Shown here: positions 1 through 12,023 of the stretch, piece by piece
Layout of the letters: the number at the start of each line of letters is the position of its first letter
Position numbering within the stretch: position 1 is the first letter of the stretch
Origin: Klebsormidium nitens
Lineage: Eukaryota > Plantae > Klebsormidiophyceae
Assembly: GCA_000708835.1 (NCBI GenBank)
Contig: DF237077.1
Location: 62,001 to 126,000 of the forward strand
DNA: 64,000 nucleotides
Direction of reading: 5' to 3'
Program-made: the position numbers and the translations under genes
The notes under the pieces: model-generated
Databases searched by the model: none
What the model saw: only the letters and a program-made list of their open reading frames with translations
What the model was told of the DNA's origin: nothing

Positions 1-9
1 TGCAAGCTA

Positions 10-3000
10 CTATCCTGTTCCTTGCGTGAGGGGAACGCTCCCGCGCACGTCGACATATAGCTCAGCATCCTGCTGCGTGAGGCCAGCTGACGTCAGGCCG
101 TTCACGAGGGCCTGCTTGTACGTTTCTGACGGGGGCCGCGTACTAAATGCTCCGTTCAGAAACTCACCGGCGTAGTCTTCCGAGCAACTGCAGTGGAACG
201 TAGAGACGAATCGTTATCGGGAATGGACCGGACCTTGTTTTTGTGAGACATCGTGCAACCCTGACATGCCTCCGCAAGACTGGCAGCTCGTCGAATTGTG
301 AAGAAAGGGATGGACAGGAAGGTTACTGATGGGGCGGCGTATTCAATGCTCCGGCTCAGGAATCTCCGCGTAGTTTGCCGAGCGGCTACGACTCTTAAAT
401 GGGAGTCGGCACTCCCTTCTGCTAGGAATTGGCACTATGCCTCCATACGACTTGCAGCACGTCATAACGAGGCGGAGGAAAGGCGAGAATCCAAAGGATC
501 AGTGGCAATCCGCCGGACGAGAGAGCGCGCCGGACGAACGTTTACTTGGTCATGGTGGTAAGAACAAAACTGGGCGGTGATCCACAAAAGAATAGATCAG
601 AAAGAGATCGCTGCTCACGTGAATGTTAGAACGGGTTCCCCGGCATGGTCTCCGAGATAGAGGATGTTGCCATACCACCGGTCCTGGAACAAGAAAGTGC
701 AGCGATCAACATTCTGAAGCACCATCAAGGCAAAGTCAGGCCCGAGAGTGCGAGCACAAGGTACATGCAATATGAGTTTCCCAGGGATTCAACCATTCGG
801 CAAGCGCTTGTCACGACGTGAACTTGACATTTAGAAACCAGATGTGGGCGAAGGGTTCTCCCTGATTGCGTTCTCGTCGCATTGTCAATCACCACTCCGT
901 TCGAGATCCTCAGCTGGATTGCAGGGACCGCCGCTAGGCATGATTGGATGGCTCGAAGCAGCCGCTTTCCCCTCTCATACCCTTCCCTTTCCCGCCAATC
1001 TCTGCAGAGTGACCCTCACCTGCAGGGAAGCCAGGCCGGGCGGCGACGCGTTTCCCGAGCGCAGCTCCGGCAGGTCTGCTGCAGCTATGAATGGTGTCGC
1101 CACGTCAGAAGGAAGTATCCGGTTCTCCTGCGCTACCACTTGGTTGAACTGCTCCAGCCTGGAAACACGAAAACGGACTCACGTTTCGTGAGCACGTAGA
1201 CGCAGAAACAGCAGCGTCCAGACGAAAGCGACCCGCGGAAACCAGGGGACTCACTTCTGCATACACGGCCAGTCTCTCTTCCAAGTTGCTTACAGCGTGA
1301 CTTCTGCCGGTAGTCCGTACTCTGCAAATCAAAGACAAACCGGACCAAAGAACTTGCTTCCATGAATCAAAGGAGAAGACAGAAGAGGGGGGGTGCACAT
1401 AGTTTACGCCGTCTCTTCTCCACTACTGAAAACTGTCCCGACTTTACCCATCGACGAAACAGGGCCCATCGCAAGATGCAGTCGCAAGATTCCGCTCACG
1501 TGATCCGGTAGGCCCGCAGGATCGCCGTCGATTCCGCCCCCGGCATATTGTACGGCAGCAGGAAGGCCACACCGCCATCGCCCCACCGCGCAGTCGACTT
1601 GTGGCCAAAGAAGAGCCGTCGGCGGACCAGGAATGTCTCTTTGGCGGTCGGCGGAGCTGGGTCCGTCGTGCCAGCGCAGGCCGTACCCATGATGTTGAGC
1701 TGCAGCCACAGGGTATTGAAGTGGTTGTGACAGCCATTATGGCCAAGCATAATAAGCCACCTTCCGGGAACGGGTGGGGTTAGTATTGGAGTTCAGGGTG
1801 GGCACCGGTGCGGAGCAGGTGTTGGAACAAATGTCAATATCAGCTTTGTCTTGATGTAACTTGCTCTTTCATTACTCTTTCCAGAAAATCATGGTTGTTA
1901 GCCAGCTTGATCAGAAGACCGCGCAACGTACTTTGAGGATTCCCCCCTGCCATGGTGATATCTTTCCGACTCTGTAAGCACGGGCTTGCCACTTGTCCAG
2001 ACTTCACAACAGTCCTGAAGCGACGCTTTCATGGTTTTTTCTAAATCTCTCAAACGCACGCTCTGCTCGTTCGACGTTCTCGTCCAGAGATAGCTCTCGC
2101 CACTCGTCGAACCCTGCACTCACCTTCCCCCCCTTGATGTAGCACAGGAAGCGCTCCTCCCACAGGTTGCTCCCAAAGCTCGCGTACCACACGTATGTCG
2201 TCCGACCGTCCAAATTCGCCCCGCTTCCGACGTTTCCCATCGCTCCGCTTTCATTCTCCCCCGGATGCAAAAGCCGGAACCCAAACTTTGACGTGTCCAG
2301 GCGGTGGCTCTCCCCACTGGACGAAGCGCCCGCGTTTTCCGGGCCCTCGACCGGGATCCGTCGGAACCCCCCTTGAGCAGCTGCACCTTGACCCCCCCAT
2401 TCCGATTCCAGCTTCAGATTCAGCTCTTTCAGCCTGCGCACCTCTCTCTCCAGTTCCGCGATCCGCCGGTCCCGGGGATCAGCTTCCTCCCCCCATCCCT
2501 CGGCCGTGCTCTCTTCCGCCGCTGAAGGCCCCACGCTCTCGGCAGAAAAGGTCGTCCGCTCTAGTTCGACGACGATGACTTCGCTCTCGTCCGCGTACTC
2601 GTCGCTTTCTGGGCTGCTGGGCTCTAAGTCCTCGACTGGGGCTCCGTCTCGGGCGGCTAGGTTGGGTTCGCTCGGGGAGATGACGACTGGGGGGCCGATG
2701 AACACGGGGGCGCCTACCGGTACCTCGGTTACCTCGGTGACTTCCAAGATCTCAATTGACTGCAGGAAGAAGTTTTCTGTTTCAAAATATCCAAATAAAG
2801 CGGATCTGCCGTTCGATTTTCAATCATGGGTTTCTTTGTTCCATATTTTAAAAAACCAAATCTGCCGTTCAATTTCAGAAAAGCGTTTTATCGTAAGACT
2901 CTCTCATCACAAAACAATTCTGCCGTTCGGCTCTCAACAACCCGTTTCCTTGTTACAGTACCTCACAACGGAACAAGTCTGCTGTTCGACTCTCAGCAAT

Positions 3001-6000
3001 GCATTTCCTCACTACAGCAATCGACAAAAAACCGATCTTGCCGGTCGACTCTCAACAACGCAATTGCTTGTCACAACGAAACAACTCTGCCGTTCGAGTC
3101 TCGACAGCTTGCGAGCGATCCATGCTGCCTTAGGAATAATCACAGACGACAGTCCGTCGTACTGCGCAACGGACCTACATCCAGTTCAGGCGAGCAAATG
3201 AGCTTGCTGCAACCGATTTCGAGATGAATGAAAGCGACTGCGGCGCACGATGCGTATTCGATAAGTCCATGTCGTGACGACCAGACTTCGTCTACGCAAG
3301 CCGAAGGGCAACTCGAAAAGTGAATATAGAAAGGCGCAGCTTAGATTGAAAAAGTGCGGGCGACATCGAAATTGGTCAAAAGACAAGGAGTATTGAGATG
3401 CCACGTAGCGGCACATACCTCAATGACAATCGGCACCTCGGGATGCAAGCCGTCCCAATACGGAGCCAATGCCCCACGGACCTGCATAGAACAGCGGCGT
3501 CAGACCGGTCCCTTCTTCAAGTCAAGTCGTGACGAGCGCGACGAACAGAAACGACGGTGAGTTAACACTCTAGCGGCGGCTTTCCTTGCGTCAACAAACA
3601 ACAATTGGTCCCCTACGGGAGAAAGCTGAAGGCCAGCGTCCAGGGGTGATACTTTCGGGTTGATTTTTTTGAGTATTCGTCATGCTGCAATCCTGATGGG
3701 GTGTCCCCGGGGGTCCAGATAACCATCTAAATCATGAAGATCAGCATTTACGAAAGACGTCATCTCGACTTGCGATTCCCGGGCTAGGAAAACATCGGCG
3801 CTGCCTCTCGCTGCTGGATATCGCTGGCGCCTAATGCTACACACAATGCTACTGGGTGCTGAGAACCTCTCCCAGCAATCTCAAAGCAAACACCTAAAAC
3901 CTCTTTGGATACTCTTTTTTCCCCAACGAAGCTTAATCTTCATGCAAGAACCACTCCAAAAACCTCACTTGATCCAGCAGCTCGTAGGTGCAGGACTGCA
4001 ATTTTAGGGGGGTGTCTTCTGGAGGCGCGTCCATTGGGGGATCCCCGAGAAGCACGGACGTACAGGCGGCGTACGACTTCGAGATGGATTCCAGGTTGTA
4101 CCCCCCCTCGAGCGCCAGCACCAGCTTCCCCCCCGCTAGCTCGAGCAGCTGGTGCGTCATGTGGGAGTAGCCGTAAGGCGTGATCTCGCACTCGCCCAGG
4201 GGATCCCCCTTGGCTGCACAGAGTGAACGTGGGAAGAGTTGGAAGACTTGCCAGTATGTTAGGTCACAGCGATCCAAGATTCAACAAGGCTTAGTGGGAA
4301 GTTCTTCGCGAGCTCGGACGGTGATGCCAGATAAGTTTTGGCTGAAATACCAGGATGTCGTTCTCGCACGACATAAATCCGTGACTTTTGAAGCTGAAGT
4401 GCGCATCAAGCAATCGACGCAGGGCCCACAATGTCAACTGAGTGGCCCGTCAAGGACGTGGGACTTCGCAATGAGCGAACACGAAGATGCACACATTTGA
4501 AAGTCGAACGCTTCAAGCAGATCGTCATGCTCGGGCTCCTTATACGCAGAGACAACATGTTGTTCTCGACGGGTTGTTCAATACGTTCCCAGAAGGCGGG
4601 GAGCACAAAGTATCGGTCGATCTCCGTATATTTCGCACCTCAAGCATTTCAGACTGGCGTTGCAACATGCTGACTTTGCAATTTATCGGGCCGAGATGAG
4701 CGAACCTCGCGGGGAAAGACAGCCAACGTTTAACAACTCGCCTGCATCGAAGCCCGCCGAGATGAGCACAATCTCGGGGTCGAACTGCCGTGCGATGGGC
4801 ATCAGCACGCGGTCCCACGCCGCCAGGTAGTCGGCGTCCCCAAACCCCTCCCACGGCCAGGGCACGTTCACATTGAAGCCCTCGCCAGGGCCCGCCCCGA
4901 CCATGTCCAAGTTTCCGTCCGGGGAGCAGGGGTAGAAGGAACCAAAGTCGTACCTGGAATGACATAAGCGTTCCGTACATGTGTCTGGCGGCGGATGATT
5001 CATGATGAACATCCGTTGCTGAAACGAGATAAGGTGGGGGATGAGGGTGTAATCTAACAAGAGCAAGAAGTGGATTCAAGGCAGCAAAAGAACTGCAGGA
5101 GAGAATGCAAAGACGTAAGGTGGGTCGTTCTCGACTCTCTCTTATCCAGCTTTCCCTTCAGCCGAATCAGAAGACGAGTAGCATCCCCGAAAAGAAAACA
5201 TAGACAAATGGTAGGAGTTGCGTCGCAGGAAGAGATGGCTGAGAGCAAGAGATTTGCGAAACAGTACCTCTGACAGGCAAAATCGCACTCCTCTCAAAGA
5301 CGAGCCATACCTGTGAGGGGAGAAGTATAGAACGCTGGGGTCCTCGTAGAACATGTGCTGGGTGCCGTTCCCTGCAGGCAAGAACCCAACGCTCAAACGC
5401 TGGAAAAGAAGGCCAACAGCACCAAGGCGTCGAAGTGTCACAGCATCGTTCTTGTCTCATGGCATGATGCTCAGACGTAAGAAGCGCAGAAACTTCGAGA
5501 ACCTCGACAGTTGCATCGATGAACGAGGAAAAGACAAACGAAGAATTTCTCCGCACAAAGAACTCACCGTGGTGGATGTCCCAGTCGACGATCAAGACTC
5601 TCTTAACCAGCTTCTGCAAGGCGCAAACAAGGAGACGTCAGTTGCAACGCCCACGGTAAAAAGTTAATATCAAGTCCACACAAAGGATTCATGAGCTTGC
5701 GGTTGCCTGTCTGGAGTATCTTACAATTGGCATTCAGCTGAAATCATGGATTCAGGGACAGGAGGCAATTGGTGAACAGCGTATCCGTCATGAGCTCGCA
5801 ACAACAAACATATGCGATGAAATGCAACGATTGCGAGCCTTCTAGATGTGCTCCACACTGACCAGCTTGTGAACCAGCCAGTGCGCAGCGACCGCGACGT
5901 TGTTGTACAGGCAGAAGCCCATGGGTAAGCCCGCCTCTGCATGATGGCCGGGAGGCCGGACTACCGCTGCTGCGCGGTCCAGCTTGCCTTGGGCGACTTG

Positions 6001-7501
6001 GACCGCCACCTGGCACAAAGTAATTCACTGGAGGCTGGCCAAAGTCGAAGAGAAAGAAGGAAACGGATCCAACAGAAACACTGTCCGAATGTTTCATGGT
6101 CTCAAGATAAATTGAGTTGTTGGTTTGGATACTGAACATTAAGTAACATTAGATCCCGTTGTGTCAGAATTTCTTGTATCGATACATAACAAGCATAACA
6201 GCGGTCCACCGGTCATCGAACAAAGGTCCACCAATAAGATCGGTGGTAGGCAAGTGGATAGAGGAAATTGCTGCAATGTGGACGAGAGTTAAAAGCCTTA
6301 AAGGATTTTTCTTTTTGTAACTTCTCAACCCATGGACGCATTGCTGTTGGAGATTCGATATCTGTGGCAAAGGAGCGTGACATGAAGCAGGTTACTTGGA
6401 TCATTGGTCACTTGAAGTGGTCACTGGAATCTCTCTTGCGTCAAGTTTTGCTAGTTGACTCACCTCAACCACCGAGCCTGCAGCCAAGAGGGAGGACGCG
6501 GTGGATCCCTCGTTAAAATAGATAGAATTGAACTTTGCGGCCAGAGCAGTCCGCCCCTGCACCCCGTACGACCTCTTGGAGATGTCCTTCATCAGAGTGA
6601 TGTGCCCCTTGGTGTGCACCGTCTCTAGTTCTTCATCGGTAGCGTCGCGTGCTGGCACCCGAATCATTCTGCAAGCAGCCCATCGCTCGTCAAAAGTCCA
6701 GACGACCTGAGAACTTAAAGGTAAACGAGCTTCCAAGGTGCCAATAACTGGAGCAGAAGTTTGTGCAGGGCTTCTGAAATTTCGCCAGAAGACCGCAAAT
6801 CCTCTCCATTACATCTTAACTCCTCAGACCTGGGTGACTTATTGTAGACTGTGACTGTAGACTGTAATCCCGTAAGCTGTTTCTGGTTTATGTGCGTCTT
6901 TCATGAGGTGGCTGAAAATCTCTCACGGGCATCTGCAAAAGATCTGTGGGGGCAGGCAAGGTCAAGCTGCCAGGCGGGTGGTGCTTTTCCCGAGTGATAT
7001 GCCACCACCCATCACCGATAGGGGGAATGTATAAAGTAGAAAACACAGTTGTCCAACAGCATGTGTGCATTGTATTCAACGCACTGCGTAGTAGACATGC
7101 GCGTTCCTGTCAACCTGCTGCAGAAGATAACAACATTCGGGCGAATGCTGTGGCAGGCACATCGATGCAATTGACATAGTGGACGTCACTTCTCACCTTG
7201 AGACCAGCTTCTCTTTCTTGAGCTCAGCAAAGATGGAGCTGATTCTTGCTGGTTGCTCCGGGTGGTCTCCTTTTGGGTGCGCGTGCAACATCATCTGCTC
7301 AGAGTACACCAGCCCCACCCTTGGCTCTTGAGACGGGCCTGCTTTGCCCGGTGTCGCGGCAGGGGCTTCGTTGAGATCAATCCCGTCCTTCGCTTCAGGT
7401 GATTCATCTGCTTGCAATGGAGTCTTTGCTGCTTCAGGGCTCTTGTCCTCCTCGATTGATAACGAACCCAAGCGGAGCTCCAAATCCGGACTGGTGGCCA
7501 T
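10..7501 (-). CDS. HDA5: Class II (HDA5-like) histone deacetylase with C-terminal gamma-glutamylcyclotransferase-like domain, 13 exons, ~833 aa
   Basis: Exons (minus): 7197-7501, 6464-6668, 5863-6009, 5568-5613, 5311-5371, 4742-4953, 3969-4213, 3419-3481, 2124-2759, 1500-1699, 1020-1158, 619-683, 10-187 (2502 nt, phases consistent). HDAC motifs [43 protein letters not shown] and LEGGYN are intact. The C-terminal block VWYASFGSN...RLFFG...WGDGGVAF...[16 protein letters not shown]...WYGNILYLG matches the plant HDA5 C-terminal domain. Confidence 0.92.
2805..3105 (+). repeat. Degenerate tandem array (6 units, 50-59 bp period) in the HDA5 intron
   Basis: The core TCTGCCGTTCGACTCTCAACAA-like motif recurs at 2805, 2861, 2919, 2978, 3036 and 3086. 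Several inter-motif segments also share TCACAA(C/A)..AACAA. Confidence 0.75.
4214..4741 (-). other. GC-AG intron in HDA5
   Basis: The donor GCAG|gcgagt is needed to join GFDA-G|CC-KGDPLG (conserved SAGFDAAxGDPLG). The nearest GT, 4 nt downstream, would frameshift. Confidence 0.85.
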
Positions 7502-8605
7502 TCTTGCGACCAGACTCCAGGGTCGGGCTCTAGAAAGCAAGAGCTAGAATCCTGAGGCGCCCACTCTGAAGCGCCCACGTTCCAAGCTCACCTTTTAAGT
7601 TTTAGAAGAATGCCGTGCCCTTTCTCAATTGCGCATGAAAGCTTCAACTATGACATGGATGCCGACGAGTTCCTGGACGCGGCCGCGTTGCGCGGGGCCT
7701 GGGCCATTGAACCCGCGGCCGGCCGCCGGCGACCGGGCAATCATGACTCGGAAGTAGTACCGTCGTGACGCGCGCAGTTGGCGCGTATCGCGCGGCCGCT
7801 AGCCGCCAGGCTGGCCCGGAGGCTGCGCTTATTGTTGTGACGCTGACAACACTGTGGGGCCGGGGACATTCGGCCACACTGCAACTTGGCCAAAGCTGGT
7901 GACATGCAGTTTTGTCCAATGCAACCGAACAGTTGGTGCAGGGTGGCCGGACGGGTGCGCGCTTTCCCTGCTCCTGCGCACTCCATCCCCCCGATTTCTT
8001 GTACGAGACTATCCAAAGTAGTTGTGATGCTTTTCTGCTTCGATATGGCGCACGTACTTTTCGCGCAAGCAATCTGTCGGCTGATCACCTGTTACGTTAG
8101 CTCGGATAACGTCATGATTGATTCTTGGATCTCAATCTCATAGGCAAGCATCGCCTTCAATCAGGTCAACGTTGTAACCAGCTGAGAGAAGGAAGGCTCG
8201 GAAGGCTGGGAAGTCGCAATTGCGATTGGATACTGAGAGCCTGTGCTGGCTGAGCGTGGGACTTCCGCTGCTCAATGCTGGCCGTTGGATCCGTCATCAG
8301 CTCGTTGGTTGAATGACGGACGAAGTGCATGCTTTCCAGCTTATCCGAACTGCCTAAAGAAGTCACTTACTTAGGAGATCCTATGAGAGTCCTATAGCAG
8401 ATATCAAAGCAGATGGCCATCGGAGGACATCGCATTGAAGGAGTACGAGACTCGCGAAGTCGGTCATCAAAGCCGAAATAGATTTGAGGGTCTCGTTGGC
8501 CGATTCTTCCCCGCATTCTCCTGAGCGAGTTGGAGGTATTGGGATACACCTTCCTTCAACTTGAAGCTCAGGCCAAGGAAGTTTTGCCGGCGGCCGAAAG
8601 GCACC

Positions 8606-10867
8606 ATGGCGGATCAGCCTGCTCTTAGCCGTGCCAAGGAATTGCTGGACCGAGAGATGTCCCATTTTACAGAGAAGCTGGCTGGACTAGGGACTGCATC
8701 TCCTCAGGAGAAGCGCAGCGTTCTGAAGCACCACCACGAGCGCATGCTCGCGCTTGCGAAGTCAGCTGAGGCGGGGCTTAACGCTCCGAAAGTGGGGCAA
8801 GTTTATTCGCGACCCAGCACAGCACAGCGGCAGGCGCCTGCCCCGAAAAGCCCGGTTCAGGAGTTGCATGACGCCTTCAAACATTCTCTCGCTGAGTTCG
8901 AGCGCTCCATTGAAAGGGCTGGGCTTGAGGAGCTGCACCGAGAGGTGGTGCTGGAGACGGTGAAAGCGAACGCCACAAGAATTGGGTCGGGGGTTCACGG
9001 CCTGCCCCTTGCGGCGGCCCCATGTGCGAACGCGCACCCGAGCTGCGGCCGCGTCTGCGAGGCTCGCGGCGCGCATGCGTGCGCCGCATGCCATTTGGTG
9101 AGCTACTGCCGCAAGGAGTGCCAGAAGGAGCACTGGCCGGTTCACAAGCGGGACTGCAAGCACTCCGACGTGGGGCCCGGTTGGCAGCCCCGGTGGAAGC
9201 GGGAGGGGAGGCGCCCCAACTGGCTCACCGAGGGGATCCCCCAGTTGGGCCCCCTGAGCGAGCACCTCTGGGGCAACACCCCGGCGTTCTCTCTCCTGGG
9301 GCCGCCTGGTTCCGAAGCCGCCCGGGGGCTCCTGCAGGAGAGTGATGACGTCATCCGGCTCTGCTTTGCTGCGTCGGGTGATCTGAGGAACGTCGTCAGC
9401 ACAATCGCGGGACTCCCGGTTGGGTACCGGGGCAGAGTGCGGGTTATTGCGAACGACCATAACCCGAAAACGGCGGCCCGGAACCTGGTGCTGCTTCAGA
9501 TCCTTGGGCAGCTGGGAGAGGACGGAATAGACATGGCGATCGCGGTGTGGCACTCGCTGGCGGTCACGGAGGCGCAGGATCTGGCGCTGTCGCTGCTCGT
9601 TGACAATCTCAACCTGGAGGAAGTCTTGGAAGACGACTCCAAAGCGTCGTGGGCTGTTAAAAAAAGCCGGTCCAGAATCAACGCGCGCTTTGCCAGGCCG
9701 GTCTGGGCGCGCCTAGTCCAAATGATGACGTCGCCGCTGACGCTGCAGAGCGCGGCCGACCAGCGGGCGGCGAAGCTGGGGGATCCCTCGCGGGCAGACT
9801 TCGTCGACCGCATGCTCCAGAGCTTCCGGCCGTTCCACCGGGCGTCCATCGCGCGGTTCAGAGACTTCGGCTTGCTGCTGCCCTTCGGAGCCTTCAACGC
9901 GCACCATAACACGCCCAGCAAGTTTCTGCTCGACCCGGAAGCAGGATACACGCTCGATCATCTGGCGGATCCGCTCTGGGGTTGGCGGATAGATGAGGTT
10001 TTGGAGGCCGGAAAAAGGCACAATGTACCCAAAAACGACCTGCACGGGAGCCTCTTTTTCTTACTCCGAGAACGGTTGGCGTCCGTGGTGGAGAAAATGC
10101 GAACGGCTGAGATTGTCTTCGAGCTGTTCTGCGAGGACGCTTCCGACTTGGCGAACCGGTTGAGAGTGACCGGGGTGTTCGACGCGGGGGAAAAAACTGT
10201 GCCGGCCGTGCCGGGAGGTGTTACGAACAAGAGCGGCTCCGGATCGACGAAACAGAGAAAGAGGAGAGGAAAGTCGGAGGGAACGGAGCCGCCCGCGCCC
10301 CGACATGCAACGGAAGTCGGCCTCTTTCAACGCGTGGAAGTGTCCAACATCTGTGACGAGAACTACGTGGGCGTGACGCGGGTGCTCAGGGACTGGGGCC
10401 GGTTGCTCGCGCCGGGGGGCGTGCTGGTCGGGCTGTTCATGAACTGGACAACGGATGTGAGCTCCGGTACGGCGCGACTTTTCGCGGGTATGAAGCCGGA
10501 CGAGTATCTGACGGCGACGCGAAGGGTCGGGGAAGCCGCCAAGAAGTGCCCCGGGGTTCTCGAGCTGGTGCAATCGCAGATGATGCAGTTTGACGGAACC
10601 GCCCTCCCCAACTTCGGGCACGATTACAGCAAGGACTTTGAGGCGTACTTGAGGCAGCGCGGGGCGGTCAAAGAAGCGGCGAAGCAGGGTCTCGTCAGGA
10701 GCGGAGTGCATCAGATCGTGGCGCCGCGCTTGGGGGTCCCTGTCGGGGCTCCGAAAAAAAGCGTGCCCATCGAGTTCTTGAAAACGGTGGACGACTGGTA
10801 CTGGTCTGTCTTTGCAAATGACGGGACTGGTACGGAGGTGTACACAGAGTGGGTCAAGCAGAGATAG
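8606..10867 (+). CDS. Intronless MYND zinc finger + DUF4470-like (methyltransferase-fold-like) protein, ~753 aa
   Basis: Single ORF from the ATG at 8606 to TAG at 10867. It has the MYND motif CxxC..CAACHLVSYCRKECQKEHWPVHKRDC and DUF4470-type motifs LWGNTPA, FAASGDLRNVV, NDHNPKTAARNLVLL and RVEVSNICDENYVG. Confidence 0.85.
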   Translation: MADQPALSRAKELLDREMSHFTEKLAGLGTASPQEKRSVLKHHHERMLALAKSAEAGLNAPKVGQVYSRPSTAQRQAPAPKSPVQELHDAFKHSLAEFERSIERAGLEELHREVVLETVKANATRIGSGVHGLPLAAAPCANAHPSCGRVCEARGAHACAACHLVSYCRKECQKEHWPVHKRDCKHSDVGPGWQPRWKREGRRPNWLTEGIPQLGPLSEHLWGNTPAFSLLGPPGSEAARGLLQESDDVIRLCFAASGDLRNVVSTIAGLPVGYRGRVRVIANDHNPKTAARNLVLLQILGQLGEDGIDMAIAVWHSLAVTEAQDLALSLLVDNLNLEEVLEDDSKASWAVKKSRSRINARFARPVWARLVQMMTSPLTLQSAADQRAAKLGDPSRADFVDRMLQSFRPFHRASIARFRDFGLLLPFGAFNAHHNTPSKFLLDPEAGYTLDHLADPLWGWRIDEVLEAGKRHNVPKNDLHGSLFFLLRERLASVVEKMRTAEIVFELFCEDASDLANRLRVTGVFDAGEKTVPAVPGGVTNKSGSGSTKQRKRRGKSEGTEPPAPRHATEVGLFQRVEVSNICDENYVGVTRVLRDWGRLLAPGGVLVGLFMNWTTDVSSGTARLFAGMKPDEYLTATRRVGEAAKKCPGVLELVQSQMMQFDGTALPNFGHDYSKDFEAYLRQRGAVKEAAKQGLVRSGVHQIVAPRLGVPVGAPKKSVPIEFLKTVDDWYWSVFANDGTGTEVYTEWVKQR

Positions 10868-12023
10868 GTTTGTGACTTGGATTAGCCCGGAAGCTTGCGT
10901 GCGAATAGAAAGTTTCCTCTTTTAATCCAAATTAGAACGTTTCCGATTCAACCTTGAAAGTTGGAAACAGACCCTTCGTGACCCTGTTTAGAGGTCCCTT
11001 GTGGCCTTGTGACTTTGCAAGGTCGTGAGATTCGTACAGCTGTAGAACGGTTCGAAACATGACTTCCAAAATCTTTCCCAGTTCGATCAATCAAAAGCAT
11101 ACCCACAAGGCTTCATGGTCACATGCAGACCTGCATATAACCTTCTCTCAATCTGATTGTCATGGCAGCCTTCCACAGCCAACAATCAGTAGCAGCCCTT
11201 GCGGCATATATTGTTTATCATCCATTTCAGATAGCCATGGTGCCAGCGTCTGCATATGCATTCAAGATTGTTTCAAAAGTTAGGTGTTTCGCGGTTCGCG
11301 ATCTCTTTAGCGGTTGACTGAGTATAGCTACGTTATGCATGTGCATGTTTGGTCGGATTGTTGGCAACAATCAATTACATGCGAGGGATCGTCATGCAGA
11401 TGTCCGGCCCTGTCGAAGGCCATCATGCAAACAAAACATCAATCAAACAATTGAAGGACTAAGATGGCATTAAATGCATGCAGCTCAATATACTTAACTA
11501 ATGGAGTCCTTGCATGCCATTCTTAGATTTTTGTCTGCATAACAAGATATACTCTTGATGCAACTTTGTACGTAGTATCAGATAAATTTAAGTCGGCCGC
11601 CATTTGTATTCAAAAGTGACTGCACCACATGAGCTAGTATGTACTAATGCGCGCCTACATCGAAAGGTATCATCGATCCAGATTTGCACCATGAAACTTA
11701 CAAGCCCGGCGCGTGCAACAAGGATGCCTGCTCGAGCAGCTAGCTTGAATGGGCTTGATTGGAAATCATATACTGCCGATGCGATTGGATGAACAGATGC
11801 AACGGGGGCGGCCCAACCTGGATCGACCGTGCTCTCTTCTATAAGCTCATCCTGATTGCTATCACTGTACTTCGCATGCATTACTGTCAATGTACACTTA
11901 GGACTCAACAATCCTCTGCGCTCAATCTGCAAAAGGTGACCGACGTATATCGAACAGATCATGATCTCGTTTGTACAAACCTAATCAAGAAAGAAGCTCG
12001 GTCTCTCACTTAAGCCTTGCATT

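Noticed and set aside
2805-3105. CRISPR array
   Set aside because: The repeats are degenerate, the spacers resemble each other, the spacing is irregular, it lies in a eukaryotic intron, and no cas genes are present.
2506-3227. Plus-strand ORFs 2506-3201 and 2826-3227
   Set aside because: They are antisense to an HDA5 exon and run through the intronic repeat, with no recognisable protein features.
8762-10711. Long minus-strand ORFs (8762-9553, 9496-9951, 10061-10711)
   Set aside because: These are shadow ORFs of the GC-rich MYND/DUF4470 coding strand.
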